DNA of 64,000 nt from an uncultured Clostridia bacterium (lineage in GTDB: Bacteria; Bacillota_I; Bacilli_A; RF39; UBA660): positions 6,079 through 70,078 of the forward strand of contig CAMUZE010000001.1 in the NCBI GenBank assembly GCA_947165135.1. Reading direction: 5' to 3'. Under the pieces are notes generated by a model. The model saw nothing but the letters and a program-made list of their open reading frames with translations, ran no database searches and had not been told where the DNA came from. Below, in pieces: positions 26,675 through 36,830 of the stretch. Each line of letters opens with the position of its first letter. The first letter of the stretch is position 1. A program made the translations under genes and the position numbers.

Positions 26675-27232
26675 TTATGCTCTACCGTCATCGTAATCAA
26701 ATGCAGCTGTTAATGTTACTTGTTGATCAGTTGATGGTAAATTTGTAGCATCTGCAGGATATACATAGTTAACTGTTACAGTAACTGTTGCAGTTGTAGT
26801 TCCATCTGCTGGTAATAAGATATTTAAATTATCAGTTGTAGCATTATAACTTGTACCATTATAGTTGATTGTGTATGTAATATATTCTTGTTGAGCAGAA
26901 GTTAATCCTGTCATTGTTATTTTCTTCAAATATGCAGGTAATGTACCAAAGTTTTTAACATTAACCTCAAATGAATATGTATCTCCAGGCGCTCCTAATG
27001 TTACAGTATAAGTAGCTGTTGTATTTGTTAATGACTTACTAGATGCTTTAATAGTACTTGTTTCAGTAAGTGATTCTGGAACAAAATGCACATCCCACTT
27101 TGCAGCAGTAAATGTTGCTGTACCATTAATATTCAATGTAGTTGAATATGCAGCAAAACCTACTGACATAACTAATATTACTACTGCTAAAACTCCTATA
27201 ACAACTGTTTGTAAACCTCTTTCTTGTCTCAT
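26675..27232 (-). CDS. SipW-cognate TasA/camelysin-like fibre subunit
   Basis: Leader ending SVGFA/AYSTTLNING, PGD.Y.F.V.VKNFGT.PA motif; AGGAGG RBS. Confidence 0.75.
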   Translation of the reverse strand: MRQERGLQTVVIGVLAVVILVMSVGFAAYSTTLNINGTATFTAAKWDVHFVPESLTETSTIKASSKSLTNTTATYTVTLGAPGDTYSFEVNVKNFGTLPAYLKKITMTGLTSAQQEYITYTINYNGTSYNATTDNLNILLPADGTTTATVTVTVNYVYPADATNLPSTDQQVTLTAAFDYDDGRA

Positions 27233-27399
27233 AATTTTCCCTCCTATTTTATACTTAAATATTAACATGTTTTTTCGAACATTACAATAGAAATGACAAA
27301 TGTTTACACCTCACTTTAAAATTATGCCCAATTTTTAATAAAAATATGTTTCCAAATAACAACAATTATATGATATACTAAAAATGATAGAGGTGGCAT

Positions 27400-28278
27400 A
27401 TGAAGAAAAGTAATATCAAATATATAGTGTTGGGAATTCTTTTAGTATTTACTATTGGAATTGTTGTACTAAATAACTTTAAAGTTAAAGCGGATAGCGG
27501 TTGGGACTCAGATTATGATTCTGGATGGGATTCGGGTTCAAGCTGGGACTCTGGATCAAGTTGGGACTCAGATTGGAGTTCATCTAGTAGCTATTATAGC
27601 CATAGTGGTAGTGGTGGAGGTTCTTCATCATTTTCAGGATTTATTGCTTTTATTATTATTGTAGCAGTAATAATCTATGTTATGAGCAAATCAAAAGGTT
27701 CAGTTCCATTCAATTCATCAAACAAAATATTTAGTTTTATAAGTGAAGATGAAATAAGAAAACTATTACCAGATTTTAATAAAGAAGAATTCTTAACAAA
27801 ATCATACCAAACATTCTTAGATGTTCAAAGTGCATGGTCTGAGTTTGACTATGATGCCTTAAGAAAATATTTAAGTGATGAATTATTTAATACATATAAG
27901 TCTCAATTAAAAGTATTAAGTGCTAAAAAACAAAAGAATATAATGACAGATTTTTCTAAAATTGATATTAATACTACACGAGCATACCAAAACGAAGGAA
28001 AAACTACAATAGAAGTTGAACTAATTGTTTCATTCTATGATTACGTAGTTGATAAAGACAACAAAGTTGTAAGAGGTCAAAAGACAAGAAAACTAACTAA
28101 TCATTATATACTTACATTCATAAGTAGTAAACAAGTTAATAACAAATCCAACAAATGTCCTAACTGTAATGCTCCACTTGATAATGTGGCTTCTAACAAG
28201 TGTCCATATTGTAAATCAACAATAGTAAGTGAACATTATGATTGGGTATTATCAAAGAAGGAGATAAAGAAAAATTAA
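27400..28278 (+). CDS. Tim44-like domain membrane protein with zinc ribbon
   Basis: Signal/TM, Ser-Gly-Trp-Asp repeats, TM, F...Q.AW...D...LR, C-terminal CPNC...CPYC. Confidence 0.8.
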   Translation: MKKSNIKYIVLGILLVFTIGIVVLNNFKVKADSGWDSDYDSGWDSGSSWDSGSSWDSDWSSSSSYYSHSGSGGGSSSFSGFIAFIIIVAVIIYVMSKSKGSVPFNSSNKIFSFISEDEIRKLLPDFNKEEFLTKSYQTFLDVQSAWSEFDYDALRKYLSDELFNTYKSQLKVLSAKKQKNIMTDFSKIDINTTRAYQNEGKTTIEVELIVSFYDYVVDKDNKVVRGQKTRKLTNHYILTFISSKQVNNKSNKCPNCNAPLDNVASNKCPYCKSTIVSEHYDWVLSKKEIKKN

Positions 28279-28279
28279 T

Positions 28280-28816
28280 ATGACAGAAGAAATAATTAAA
28301 TATGATTCTTCATTTACTGAAGCGACATTCTTAACAAAAGCAGATCACATATATATGATGATGCTAGATGCAGTAATGGAGAAAGACTTAAATGAAGTAA
28401 AACACTATTTAAGTGAAAAAGTATATGAGTACTTAAATTCAATGGTTAGTGATTATACTTCAAGAAATGTAATTAGAATATTTGATGAAACAAATGTAAA
28501 AACATCTAGTATAGATAGTTACTATACTGATGAAGAAACAATTAACATAGTTGTCAATTTAACCTCAAGGTATATGGATTATTTTATTGATGATGATGGC
28601 AATTACTTATATGGAACTAATGATCATAGAGTAGAAAGAGAACATAGAATTGTATTTACTAAAAAATTTAATGTTAAGCACTTAAACGAGGCAAGACCTT
28701 GTCCGAGTTGTGGGCATAGCTTAGATGTTAATGCTAGTGGTGTGTGTCCTTATTGCAAACAAGTAATTGACATGAGCAATTATGATTATATAGTGTCAGA
28801 AATTGATTCAATTTAA
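28280..28816 (+). CDS. Tim44-like domain protein with zinc ribbon
   Basis: Paralogous to the upstream gene; CPSC...CPYC. Confidence 0.75.
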   Translation: MTEEIIKYDSSFTEATFLTKADHIYMMMLDAVMEKDLNEVKHYLSEKVYEYLNSMVSDYTSRNVIRIFDETNVKTSSIDSYYTDEETINIVVNLTSRYMDYFIDDDGNYLYGTNDHRVEREHRIVFTKKFNVKHLNEARPCPSCGHSLDVNASGVCPYCKQVIDMSNYDYIVSEIDSI

Positions 28817-28825
28817 AAAACTGGT

Positions 28826-29857
28826 CTAGTAATACCAGTTTTTATAACTATTTTCTCTTAAATAATTACGCTCTTCATTTTCCAATGAATTCTTATTTAT
28901 GTATTCAACTTTTTTATAATTTATGCTTAATAAATCACAGTAATTACTGCCATAGCATAATCTTATATTTTGAATATATAGTTTACAGTTTTTACAAGGA
29001 AGGTAATATATACTATTCCCCTTTTCTATAACATCTTTTTCATCATTATATGTAAATACTTCATCATCTTCACTAACTGCAATATATGGATATTCCCACA
29101 GAATCTTCTTTTCACCATTAAATCCTACATAGAATTGTCCATAAACTGCGGATATTTGGCCATTTACATAATAAATAATCCATTCATTTTCATTATTGTT
29201 GCCATACTTAACAAAAATAAATTCTGGGTATTGATCAGCAGAATTGTATTCAAATGATAATTCTTTTTCACCATTTTTATTAATTCCATATACTTTATAA
29301 AGTGAACTGTTACTAAATATATTTCTCCTATCTAATTCATTTTTGAAGTCAGCCAAGGTTTTAATGTTTTTTTCTTCTCTATAATTTAAAGTTGGAATCC
29401 ATTTTATTAAACAAACGATAATCGCTATTATAACCACAATAATAGAAAATGGAATAAGAAATTTTTTCTTAAAAATATTCTTTCTTTCACTTATCACTAA
29501 TAATATTAAAGCCAATATTCTGCATATAATGATTGAAAATCTGTAAATAATTACCAATCCTAGTGCTTCTCCTACAGAATCTAATCCTCCGTCTATGCTC
29601 ATTGCTTTTTTAAATGAACAAAATGCTATAAGGAATAATATAAAAGATAATATATATAATATCTTTTGTTTTTTTTCTAGTTTAGAAAAACCAATACCGT
29701 AAAGTAAGTATCCCAATAGCATTGGTAAGAATATTGCTATCATCATAGGGGTATCTTCAAATATTTGAAACAAGTTCAATGTAATATACTGAGTTGGGAT
29801 AATTATCAATAACAAATAAAATATTTTTAAAAAATCTACTTTCTTTTCCTCTTCCAT
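28826..29857 (-). CDS. Hypothetical membrane protein
   Basis: About 5 N-terminal TMs plus a soluble domain; GGAGG RBS. Confidence 0.8.
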   Translation of the reverse strand: MEEEKKVDFLKIFYLLLIIIPTQYITLNLFQIFEDTPMMIAIFLPMLLGYLLYGIGFSKLEKKQKILYILSFILFLIAFCSFKKAMSIDGGLDSVGEALGLVIIYRFSIIICRILALILLVISERKNIFKKKFLIPFSIIVVIIAIIVCLIKWIPTLNYREEKNIKTLADFKNELDRRNIFSNSSLYKVYGINKNGEKELSFEYNSADQYPEFIFVKYGNNNENEWIIYYVNGQISAVYGQFYVGFNGEKKILWEYPYIAVSEDDEVFTYNDEKDVIEKGNSIYYLPCKNCKLYIQNIRLCYGSNYCDLLSINYKKVEYINKNSLENEERNYLRENSYKNWYY

Positions 29858-29949
29858 AATGTTCCCTCCACCTTAATATTAACATAATTATTATTACTTT
29901 TTTAATTATTTTAATTTGCTTTACATTTAAAAAGACTGATGTTTTAATA

Positions 29950-32298
29950 TCAGTCTTCCCATTTCCAATTTTTAATTTCTGGCATGTCTTCACCATATTC
30001 ATGGATATATTCTTTATGTTCAATCAATTTATCTTTACACCATTCATTTAATGATGTTCTTCTTTCACCAAGTTCTGGTAAATATTTAAGAGCATCCATT
30101 ACCAAATGGAAACGATCTAATTTATTTTGTACTTTCATATCAAATGTCGTGGTAATAGTTCCTTCTTCAATATAGCCATGAACATGTAAGTTATCATTTG
30201 TTCTTTTGTATGCTAATTGATGTATTAAATGAGGATATCCATGGAATGCAAATATAATTGGCTTATCTTTAGTAAATATACTATCATATTCACTATCAGT
30301 TAGTCCATGTGGATGATTATCATCACTTTCTAATTTCATTAAGTCAACTACATTAACTACCCTTATTTTTAAATCAGGGAAATTTTCTCTTAATATTTTG
30401 ACTGCTGCAAGCGTTTCCATTGTTGGAGTTTCACCAGCACATGCCATTACGATATCTGGTTCACATCCTTCATCATTACTTGCAAATTTCCATATTCCAA
30501 GTCCTTTTGTACAATGTTTAATTGCTTCATCCATATTTAACCATTGTGGACGAGGATGCTTTGATGCAACTATTACGTTAATATAGTTTTTACTTCTAAT
30601 ACAATGATCAAAACATGATATTAATGTATTAGTATCCGGTGGCAAATAAATTCTTACAGTATCTGATTTTTTAGTAACTATATGATTTAAGAATCCTGGG
30701 TCTTGATGAGTAAATCCATTATGATCTTGTTGCCATGCATAGGATGTTAATATATAGTTTAAAGACGCAATATCCTGTCTCCAAGGTAAATCTTTAACAA
30801 CTTTTAACCACTTGGCATGTTGACTTGCCATTGAATCAACTATTCTAATAAATGCTTCATAGCTATGAATAAATCCATGTCTACCTGTAAGCAAATATCC
30901 TTCTAGCATACCTTCACATAAATGTTCAGATAATACAGAGTCAATCACTCTTCCATAATTACTAATATATTCATCATTTTCATATGTAATTCCATTCCAT
31001 TGTCTATTGGTTACTTCAAATATATGATTTAGTCTATTTGATAGTGCTTCATCTGGCCCGAAAACTCTAAAGTTTTTCTTTCTTTCATTTAGTTTAATAA
31101 TATCTCTTATAAAGTATCCTAATTCCATCATATCTTGCTTAATTAGTGTACCTGGTTTATCAAATGATACACCATATTGTCTGAAATCTGGTACATTTAA
31201 TTCTTCTAATAAAAGTCCCCCATTAGCATGTTTGTTCATTCCCATTCTTAATTCTTTTGGTGGAACTAAGTCTTTTAATTCTTTAATTAGTTTACCATTA
31301 GAATCAAATAACTCTTGAGGTTTATAACTTTTTAACCATGCTTCTAATACTTCAACATTTTTAGGATGTTCTTTATTTACAACAACTGGAACTTGATGTG
31401 ATCTAAATGTTCCTTCAATTTCTTTATTATCAATTATTTTAGGTCCTGTCCATCCTTTAGGAGTAACTAAAATAATCATTGGAAAGCATGCTCTTTTATT
31501 TAATCTTGATTTACTCTTGATATCTTTTATTTCATCAATACATTTGTCTAATGTTTTTGCCATTAATTCATGCATCTTATAAGTGGTATTTGCTTCAACT
31601 ACGTATGGATGATATCCACATCCTTCAAAGAATTTTATTAATTCTTCTCTAGGCATTCTTGCAAATAAAGTTGGATTAGCAATTTTGTATCCATTTAAAT
31701 GAAGAATTGGAAGTACAACTCCATCAGTAAGTGGATTAATAATTTTATTTAAATGCCATGATGCAGCAAGTGGTCCAGTTTCAGCTTCTCCATCTCCAAC
31801 TACACAAGCGGCAATTAAAGTTGGATTATCAAGTACGGCTCCGTAAGCATGTGAAAGGCTATATCCTAATTCTCCACCTTCATTTATACTTCCTGGTGTT
31901 TCTGGTGCAACATGCGAAGATATTCCTCCCGGGAAACTAAATTGCTTAAACAATTTCTTTAATCCTTCTTCATCTTCAGTAATATTTGGATATATTTCAC
32001 TATAAGTGCCTTCTAAATATACATTACTTACTATTGCTTGGCCTCCATGACCTGGTCCAGAAATATAAATCATATTGAGTTTATTCTTTTTGATAATTCT
32101 ATTTAAATGTACATAAACAAAGTTTTGACCAGGAGCAGTACCCCAGTGCCCTACTACATTTGGTTTAATGTGGTCTAATGTTAATTTTTCTTTAAGTAAT
32201 GGATTATCTTTTAAATAAAGTTGTCCTACTGATAAATAATTAGTTGCTCTAAAATAAGCGTCTATTTTTCTTAATTCTGAGTCATTTAATGCTCTCAT
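29950..32298 (-). CDS. xfp: Xylulose-5-P/fructose-6-P phosphoketolase
   Basis: [37 protein letters not shown]. Confidence 0.98.
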   Translation of the reverse strand: MRALNDSELRKIDAYFRATNYLSVGQLYLKDNPLLKEKLTLDHIKPNVVGHWGTAPGQNFVYVHLNRIIKKNKLNMIYISGPGHGGQAIVSNVYLEGTYSEIYPNITEDEEGLKKLFKQFSFPGGISSHVAPETPGSINEGGELGYSLSHAYGAVLDNPTLIAACVVGDGEAETGPLAASWHLNKIINPLTDGVVLPILHLNGYKIANPTLFARMPREELIKFFEGCGYHPYVVEANTTYKMHELMAKTLDKCIDEIKDIKSKSRLNKRACFPMIILVTPKGWTGPKIIDNKEIEGTFRSHQVPVVVNKEHPKNVEVLEAWLKSYKPQELFDSNGKLIKELKDLVPPKELRMGMNKHANGGLLLEELNVPDFRQYGVSFDKPGTLIKQDMMELGYFIRDIIKLNERKKNFRVFGPDEALSNRLNHIFEVTNRQWNGITYENDEYISNYGRVIDSVLSEHLCEGMLEGYLLTGRHGFIHSYEAFIRIVDSMASQHAKWLKVVKDLPWRQDIASLNYILTSYAWQQDHNGFTHQDPGFLNHIVTKKSDTVRIYLPPDTNTLISCFDHCIRSKNYINVIVASKHPRPQWLNMDEAIKHCTKGLGIWKFASNDEGCEPDIVMACAGETPTMETLAAVKILRENFPDLKIRVVNVVDLMKLESDDNHPHGLTDSEYDSIFTKDKPIIFAFHGYPHLIHQLAYKRTNDNLHVHGYIEEGTITTTFDMKVQNKLDRFHLVMDALKYLPELGERRTSLNEWCKDKLIEHKEYIHEYGEDMPEIKNWKWED

Positions 32299-32352
32299 AA
32301 TCGCCTCCTATTATAAATTAATTTTACTATATTTTGTTTCAAAATAAAAGAG

Positions 32353-32805
32353 TTATAAAACTCTTTCACATAAATCTTCATACTTACTTCCATGTGGAAT
32401 AATAATAAATTGACGAGTCTCTTCACCTAATATTCTTATTTTAATATCAAGCCTATTTTTAGGTAAAATATCTTCAATCAAATCTGCCCATTCTATTATG
32501 CATACACCTTTTTTATTAAAATACTCTGGTATTCCTAAGTCTTGTTTAATATCATTTAATCTATAAACATCCATATGAAATAATTTCATTTCAGCATTAT
32601 CATATTCTTTAATAATGTTATATGTTGGAGAAGTAATATTATCAGTAATTCCCAATGCTAAAGCAAATGCTTTTGCAAAAACAGTCTTACCACTCCCTAA
32701 ATCCCCCTCTAAACATATTACCATATTAGGAAATTTTTCAGACTCAATATTTTGAGCCAATTCCATAGTTTCATCCTCTGAATAAGTTGTTATTTTATAT
32801 TGCAT
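32353..32805 (-). CDS. tsaE: tRNA t6A biosynthesis ATPase
   Basis: GDLGSGKT, ITSPTY, HMDVYRL, IIEWA. Confidence 0.96.
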   Translation of the reverse strand: MQYKITTYSEDETMELAQNIESEKFPNMVICLEGDLGSGKTVFAKAFALALGITDNITSPTYNIIKEYDNAEMKLFHMDVYRLNDIKQDLGIPEYFNKKGVCIIEWADLIEDILPKNRLDIKIRILGEETRQFIIIPHGSKYEDLCERVL

Positions 32806-32938
32806 ATCCTTCACCATATTCATTGTACCATTATTATAATTTTTTATACAAGTATTTTTGTATATTTTACATTTTTTAATATATTTACCCATACAATGAT
32901 TTATTTACTCACATACAATAGTCTAGGAGGATGGTAAA

Positions 32939-33382
32939 ATGTTTTTTGATGAAACAAATAATTATTTCGATATAGAATATGATAATGGAATAACTGTAAA
33001 TATAGATACAATCAATTTTAATAGAGAAGAAACTTTATATAAGCCACTAGAAGGATTTAACAAAGGAAATATGTTCCCTAGTATTTATTCAAAATATAAA
33101 AACTATGTATACAAATTAAAAGTTAATAATCCTAAAGATGATTTGTTATATAAAATTCAAATGTATTCATTTGCTCTTAAGGATTATAATTTATATTTAG
33201 ATACACATCCAGAAGATACTAAAGTTCTAAGAGAATTTAGGGATGTAAATCAAATGTATGAAACATCTAAACAAGAATATGAGTCTAAATATGGGCCATT
33301 ATGTATTACAAGTGCTAATAGTACTTCAAAATGGACGTGGCTAAATGAACCATGGCCTTGGGATAAAGGGGGTAGTTATTAA
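32939..33382 (+). CDS. cotJB: Spore coat protein CotJB with N-terminal CotJA-like segment
   Basis: LYLDTHP.D, YE.KYGPL, W.W...PWPW; upstream Y.P.EGF.KGNMFP. Confidence 0.85.
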   Translation: MFFDETNNYFDIEYDNGITVNIDTINFNREETLYKPLEGFNKGNMFPSIYSKYKNYVYKLKVNNPKDDLLYKIQMYSFALKDYNLYLDTHPEDTKVLREFRDVNQMYETSKQEYESKYGPLCITSANSTSKWTWLNEPWPWDKGGSY

Positions 33383-33939
33383 TGTTTAAATATGAAAAAA
33401 TGTTAGAATATCCAGTAAATGTAAAAAAGAAAGATTTAAAAATGGCAAAATTATTAGTTACTCAATTTGGAGGACCAGATGGAGAACTAGGTGCTGCATT
33501 AAGATATTTGTCTCAAAGATTCTCAATGCCTGATTCAAGAGGAAAAGCACTACTTTCTGATATTGGAACTGAAGAACTTGGACATGTTGAGATGATTTGT
33601 ACAATGATAGATCAATTAATAAGTGATGCTTCAATAGATGAAATTAAAAATGCTGGATTAGAATCTTGGTATACACAACATAATAAAGGAGTTTATCCAA
33701 TGGATGCTAATGGAGTACCATTCACATCTGCTTATATTGCATCTACAGGTAATCCTATAGTGGACTTACATGAAGACTTAGCTGCAGAAGAAAAAGCAAG
33801 AGCTACTTATGAAAATTTAATGGATTTAACCAACGATGAAAGTTTACTTGCTCCGCTTAGTTTTTTAAGACAAAGAGAAATAGTACACTATACAAGATTT
33901 AAAGAACTACTTGATTATTATAAACAAAAAGGATATTAA
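33382..33939 (+). CDS. cotJC: Manganese catalase family spore coat protein CotJC
   Basis: QFGGPDGELGAALRY, IGTEELGH, EDLAAEEKAR, LRQREIVH. Confidence 0.93.
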   Translation: MFKYEKMLEYPVNVKKKDLKMAKLLVTQFGGPDGELGAALRYLSQRFSMPDSRGKALLSDIGTEELGHVEMICTMIDQLISDASIDEIKNAGLESWYTQHNKGVYPMDANGVPFTSAYIASTGNPIVDLHEDLAAEEKARATYENLMDLTNDESLLAPLSFLRQREIVHYTRFKELLDYYKQKGY

Positions 33940-34646
33940 GATTTAATATCTTTTTTAATGAATAAAATAAAACCAATAATATTAAATAATAGAATAAATA
34001 ATACATTTATAAAAATGCCATAATTAATATTTAAGTTAATTCCATATTCTAGATTAACTAAATTAATAGACTCACTACTATTAAAAATAGTTAAATCTAA
34101 GTACGGAAGAAATGTATATTCTATAAATTTACTATTATTTTTAAATAGAAATTCGGATAAAATTCCGCCAAAACTTAATAAAATTATACACATTCCAGAA
34201 TTAATGGGTGTATTTTTTATAATAATAGACAAAAATGTGGTTAAAGACACAATAAAGTATAAAGGTATTGTAAAAGTATAATATTTTAAAATTAAATGCA
34301 TATTCAAATTACTATTAATTATATAAAATAATCCTAATAATATTGATGTTAAAACAAATGTATAAATAAATTCCATAATAATCTTTGATAGTAAAACTTT
34401 AGCTCTAGTTTTAGCTTTAGTTAAATAATATTTAAAAGTACCATTATCTATTTCAACAGATACTATTCCAGAAAATATAATACTTAGTACTATGCCAATA
34501 TATGGAATTAATATTATTAAATTATCAAATGTAACTATTTTATTTAAATAATACTCAATAATGAATATAGTAATAAATAAGAAAAAAGGCATTATTAATT
34601 TAAATTTACCTAATTTAGTAAATTCGTTTCTAATTAAATTAATCAT
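33936..34646 (-). CDS. ABC-2 type permease
   Basis: E.DNGT.KY.LT...R..VL.SK, 6 TMs, ends F.KKDI. Confidence 0.9.
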   Translation of the reverse strand: MINLIRNEFTKLGKFKLIMPFFLFITIFIIEYYLNKIVTFDNLIILIPYIGIVLSIIFSGIVSVEIDNGTFKYYLTKAKTRAKVLLSKIIMEFIYTFVLTSILLGLFYIINSNLNMHLILKYYTFTIPLYFIVSLTTFLSIIIKNTPINSGMCIILLSFGGILSEFLFKNNSKFIEYTFLPYLDLTIFNSSESINLVNLEYGINLNINYGIFINVLFILLFNIIGFILFIKKDIKS

Positions 34647-35514
34647 TGTTTTTACCTACAATAGAGAAGAACTCTTTTTCTATTGTATTTTCACTTTCCT
34701 GTATTCTATACACTTTAATATTATTTAATATTAGTTCTTTATTTATATTACTTATTGTTTCATCATTTTCATATACCTCTAAATTCTCATTTATACAATA
34801 ATTTTTCATTAATAGTTTTGCTCTTGAAAAATCATCTACTTCAAAAGTGATATTTTTTTTATCATTTTTTTCTTTTATTTTAATATTCTCTATTTTTCCA
34901 TCATTAATGAATATTACTTTATTACATAACCACTCTATTTCGCTTAACATATGAGATGAAATTAAAATAGTTGTATCTTTTAAACCTTTTAATGACGTTA
35001 AAATATTTTTAATACCAACTGGATCAAGTCCATTAGTCGGTTCATCTAATATCAATATTTTAGGTTTATTTAACAAAGAAGATGCTATACCCAGTCGCTC
35101 TTTCATACCGAGTGAATATGTCTTAAACTTTCTACCTAAATACTTCTCCATTTCAACTATTTTAACTATTTCCTCTATAGTATTTTCATCTACACCTTTA
35201 AACATTTTTTTGAATAATTCCAGATTCTTTTTTCCACTTAAACTTTTATATAAGTCAGGGCTTTCAATTAATGTACCTACCATAGACATGGCTTTTTCAA
35301 AATTATTTTTTAAACTAATATCATAATAATATATTTCTCCTTCATCCATTGAATATAGACCAGTCATTATTTTTAATAATGTGGATTTCCCTGCCCCATT
35401 CTTACCAACCAAACCAACTATTTCACCCTCATAAATATCGAAACTTATGTCATCTAGTATTTTCTTTCTTCCAATTGTTTTAGTAATATTTCTTACTTTA
35501 ATTACTTTTTTCAT
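34639..35514 (-). CDS. ABC transporter ATP-binding protein (BcrA-like)
   Basis: GKNGAGKST, YSLGMKERL, LDEPTNGLDP. Confidence 0.95.
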   Translation of the reverse strand: MKKVIKVRNITKTIGRKKILDDISFDIYEGEIVGLVGKNGAGKSTLLKIMTGLYSMDEGEIYYYDISLKNNFEKAMSMVGTLIESPDLYKSLSGKKNLELFKKMFKGVDENTIEEIVKIVEMEKYLGRKFKTYSLGMKERLGIASSLLNKPKILILDEPTNGLDPVGIKNILTSLKGLKDTTILISSHMLSEIEWLCNKVIFINDGKIENIKIKEKNDKKNITFEVDDFSRAKLLMKNYCINENLEVYENDETISNINKELILNNIKVYRIQESENTIEKEFFSIVGKNND

Positions 35515-35655
35515 ATAATCTCCTTTCTTTTAAAAGGATTATATAAAGTATATTTTTTTAATGCAAATCGGTATTTTTGAATTTTCAGGCACTTTTTTGA
35601 TATAAAAAAAGAAAAATTCTCTAAGGAATTTTTCAATTATTAGCACACTTTTCAA

Positions 35656-36615
35656 CTACATTTCACTTAAATTAACATTTTCTTCAGCAATTATATCTTT
35701 AAACAATTCTTTGAATCTTACAATCTCTTTTTGTTTAGCATCTTCGTATACAACTTTAGTTCTACAAATTGCTTTATAGAAATGTTTTAATGTAACAATA
35801 GGACTATTTTCATATGATGCGATAGAAAATGCATTCATTACTAATGTAAGAGCAATATCCGGATATCTATTACCTATTTCATATATTCTCTTATATTCAT
35901 CAGTCATTTCAACTAAAAATCTAAATATTCTTTCTTTTACATAATCTGTATATTCTAGTTTAACACCAGTTCTCTTCTCATATTTTGGATAAGTTCCGAG
36001 TAATATTTGAGTACATTGATCTTGATTTGGCTCTGCAACATCTACTTTTAAGAAACGTCTTAGGAAAGCTCTATCTCTTAAAATATATGCTTCATATTCT
36101 TCATATGTTGTAGCACCTATCATTTTAATCTCACCACGATCTAAACCTGGTTTTAACATATTAGCAAAATCTATACTCATGTTAGAGGTATTTCTGTTAA
36201 CTAACAAGTGAACCTCATCTATAAATAGAATAATATTCTTTTTGGTTTTTAATTCATCAACTAATAATTGTAATCTGTTTTCGTTATGACCATCACTTAC
36301 AGTTTCGCCAAGTAAACTAGATATATTTACCTTTATTAGCTCATAGCCTTTTAAAGCATTGGGAATATTTCCATTTTTCATTCTATATCCAATACCTTCG
36401 ACAATAGCGGTTTTACCAACACCAGCCTTACCAACCAAAAGAGCACTTTTTTCAGGTGTTAGTAAAATGATAATTGCTTGTTCAATTTCATTTTCTCTTC
36501 CGATAGCTGGATTAGTAATATATTCTTTTGATGATAAGTTCTCACCATATGTTTCAAGAATACTTACTTTTGTAGAAGGTTTCTCAAATTCAATAACCTC
36601 TAAATCTTCTTTCAT
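35656..36615 (-). CDS. ClpA/B-like AAA+ protein with NBD1 only
   Basis: [44 protein letters not shown]; no N-domain or NBD2. Confidence 0.88.
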   Translation of the reverse strand: MKEDLEVIEFEKPSTKVSILETYGENLSSKEYITNPAIGRENEIEQAIIILLTPEKSALLVGKAGVGKTAIVEGIGYRMKNGNIPNALKGYELIKVNISSLLGETVSDGHNENRLQLLVDELKTKKNIILFIDEVHLLVNRNTSNMSIDFANMLKPGLDRGEIKMIGATTYEEYEAYILRDRAFLRRFLKVDVAEPNQDQCTQILLGTYPKYEKRTGVKLEYTDYVKERIFRFLVEMTDEYKRIYEIGNRYPDIALTLVMNAFSIASYENSPIVTLKHFYKAICRTKVVYEDAKQKEIVRFKELFKDIIAEENVNLSEM

Positions 36616-36677
36616 TTTTCCATTTTCCTTTACTGAATTAATTTTATCAATTTTTATAATAAAAGTCCACTTTTTTG

Positions 36678-36706
36678 TTGACAAATTATTATTGTTAAAC
36701 TATAAT
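36678..36706 (+). promoter_or_regulatory. Consensus promoter of tRNA-Asn
   Basis: TTGACA-17-TATAAT. Confidence 0.9.
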
Positions 36707-36719
36707 TAGTAATACAAGT

Positions 36720-36795
36720 GCCTGATTAGCTCAGTCGGTAGAGCGCACGGCTGTTAACCGTTAGGTCGCAGGTCCGAGTCCTGCATCAGGCGCCA
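36720..36795 (+). tRNA. tRNA-Asn(GTT)
   Basis: 76-nt cloverleaf, acceptor GCCTGAT/ATCAGGC, anticodon GTT, G73, encoded CCA. Confidence 0.97.
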
Positions 36796-36805
36796 TTAAA
36801 AAATT

Positions 36806-36830
36806 ACTCAAGCTTTGCTTGAGTTTTTTT
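36806..36830. terminator. Bidirectional terminator
   Basis: actcaagc-ttt-gcttgagt followed by a T-tract, with an A-tract upstream. Confidence 0.85.

Noticed and set aside
29950-29952. Possible TGA=Trp recoding (Mollicutes code 4)
   Set aside because: TGA terminates conserved genes such as xfp at the expected position, and long conserved ORFs translate intact with code 11.
29757-30023. 88-aa minus-strand ORF bridging xfp and the membrane gene
   Set aside because: Alternative-frame overlap with two real genes, no RBS.
35640-35656. CIRCE-like ttagcacac next to the Clp-like gene
   Set aside because: Only a degenerate half site, located downstream of the gene's stop codon.
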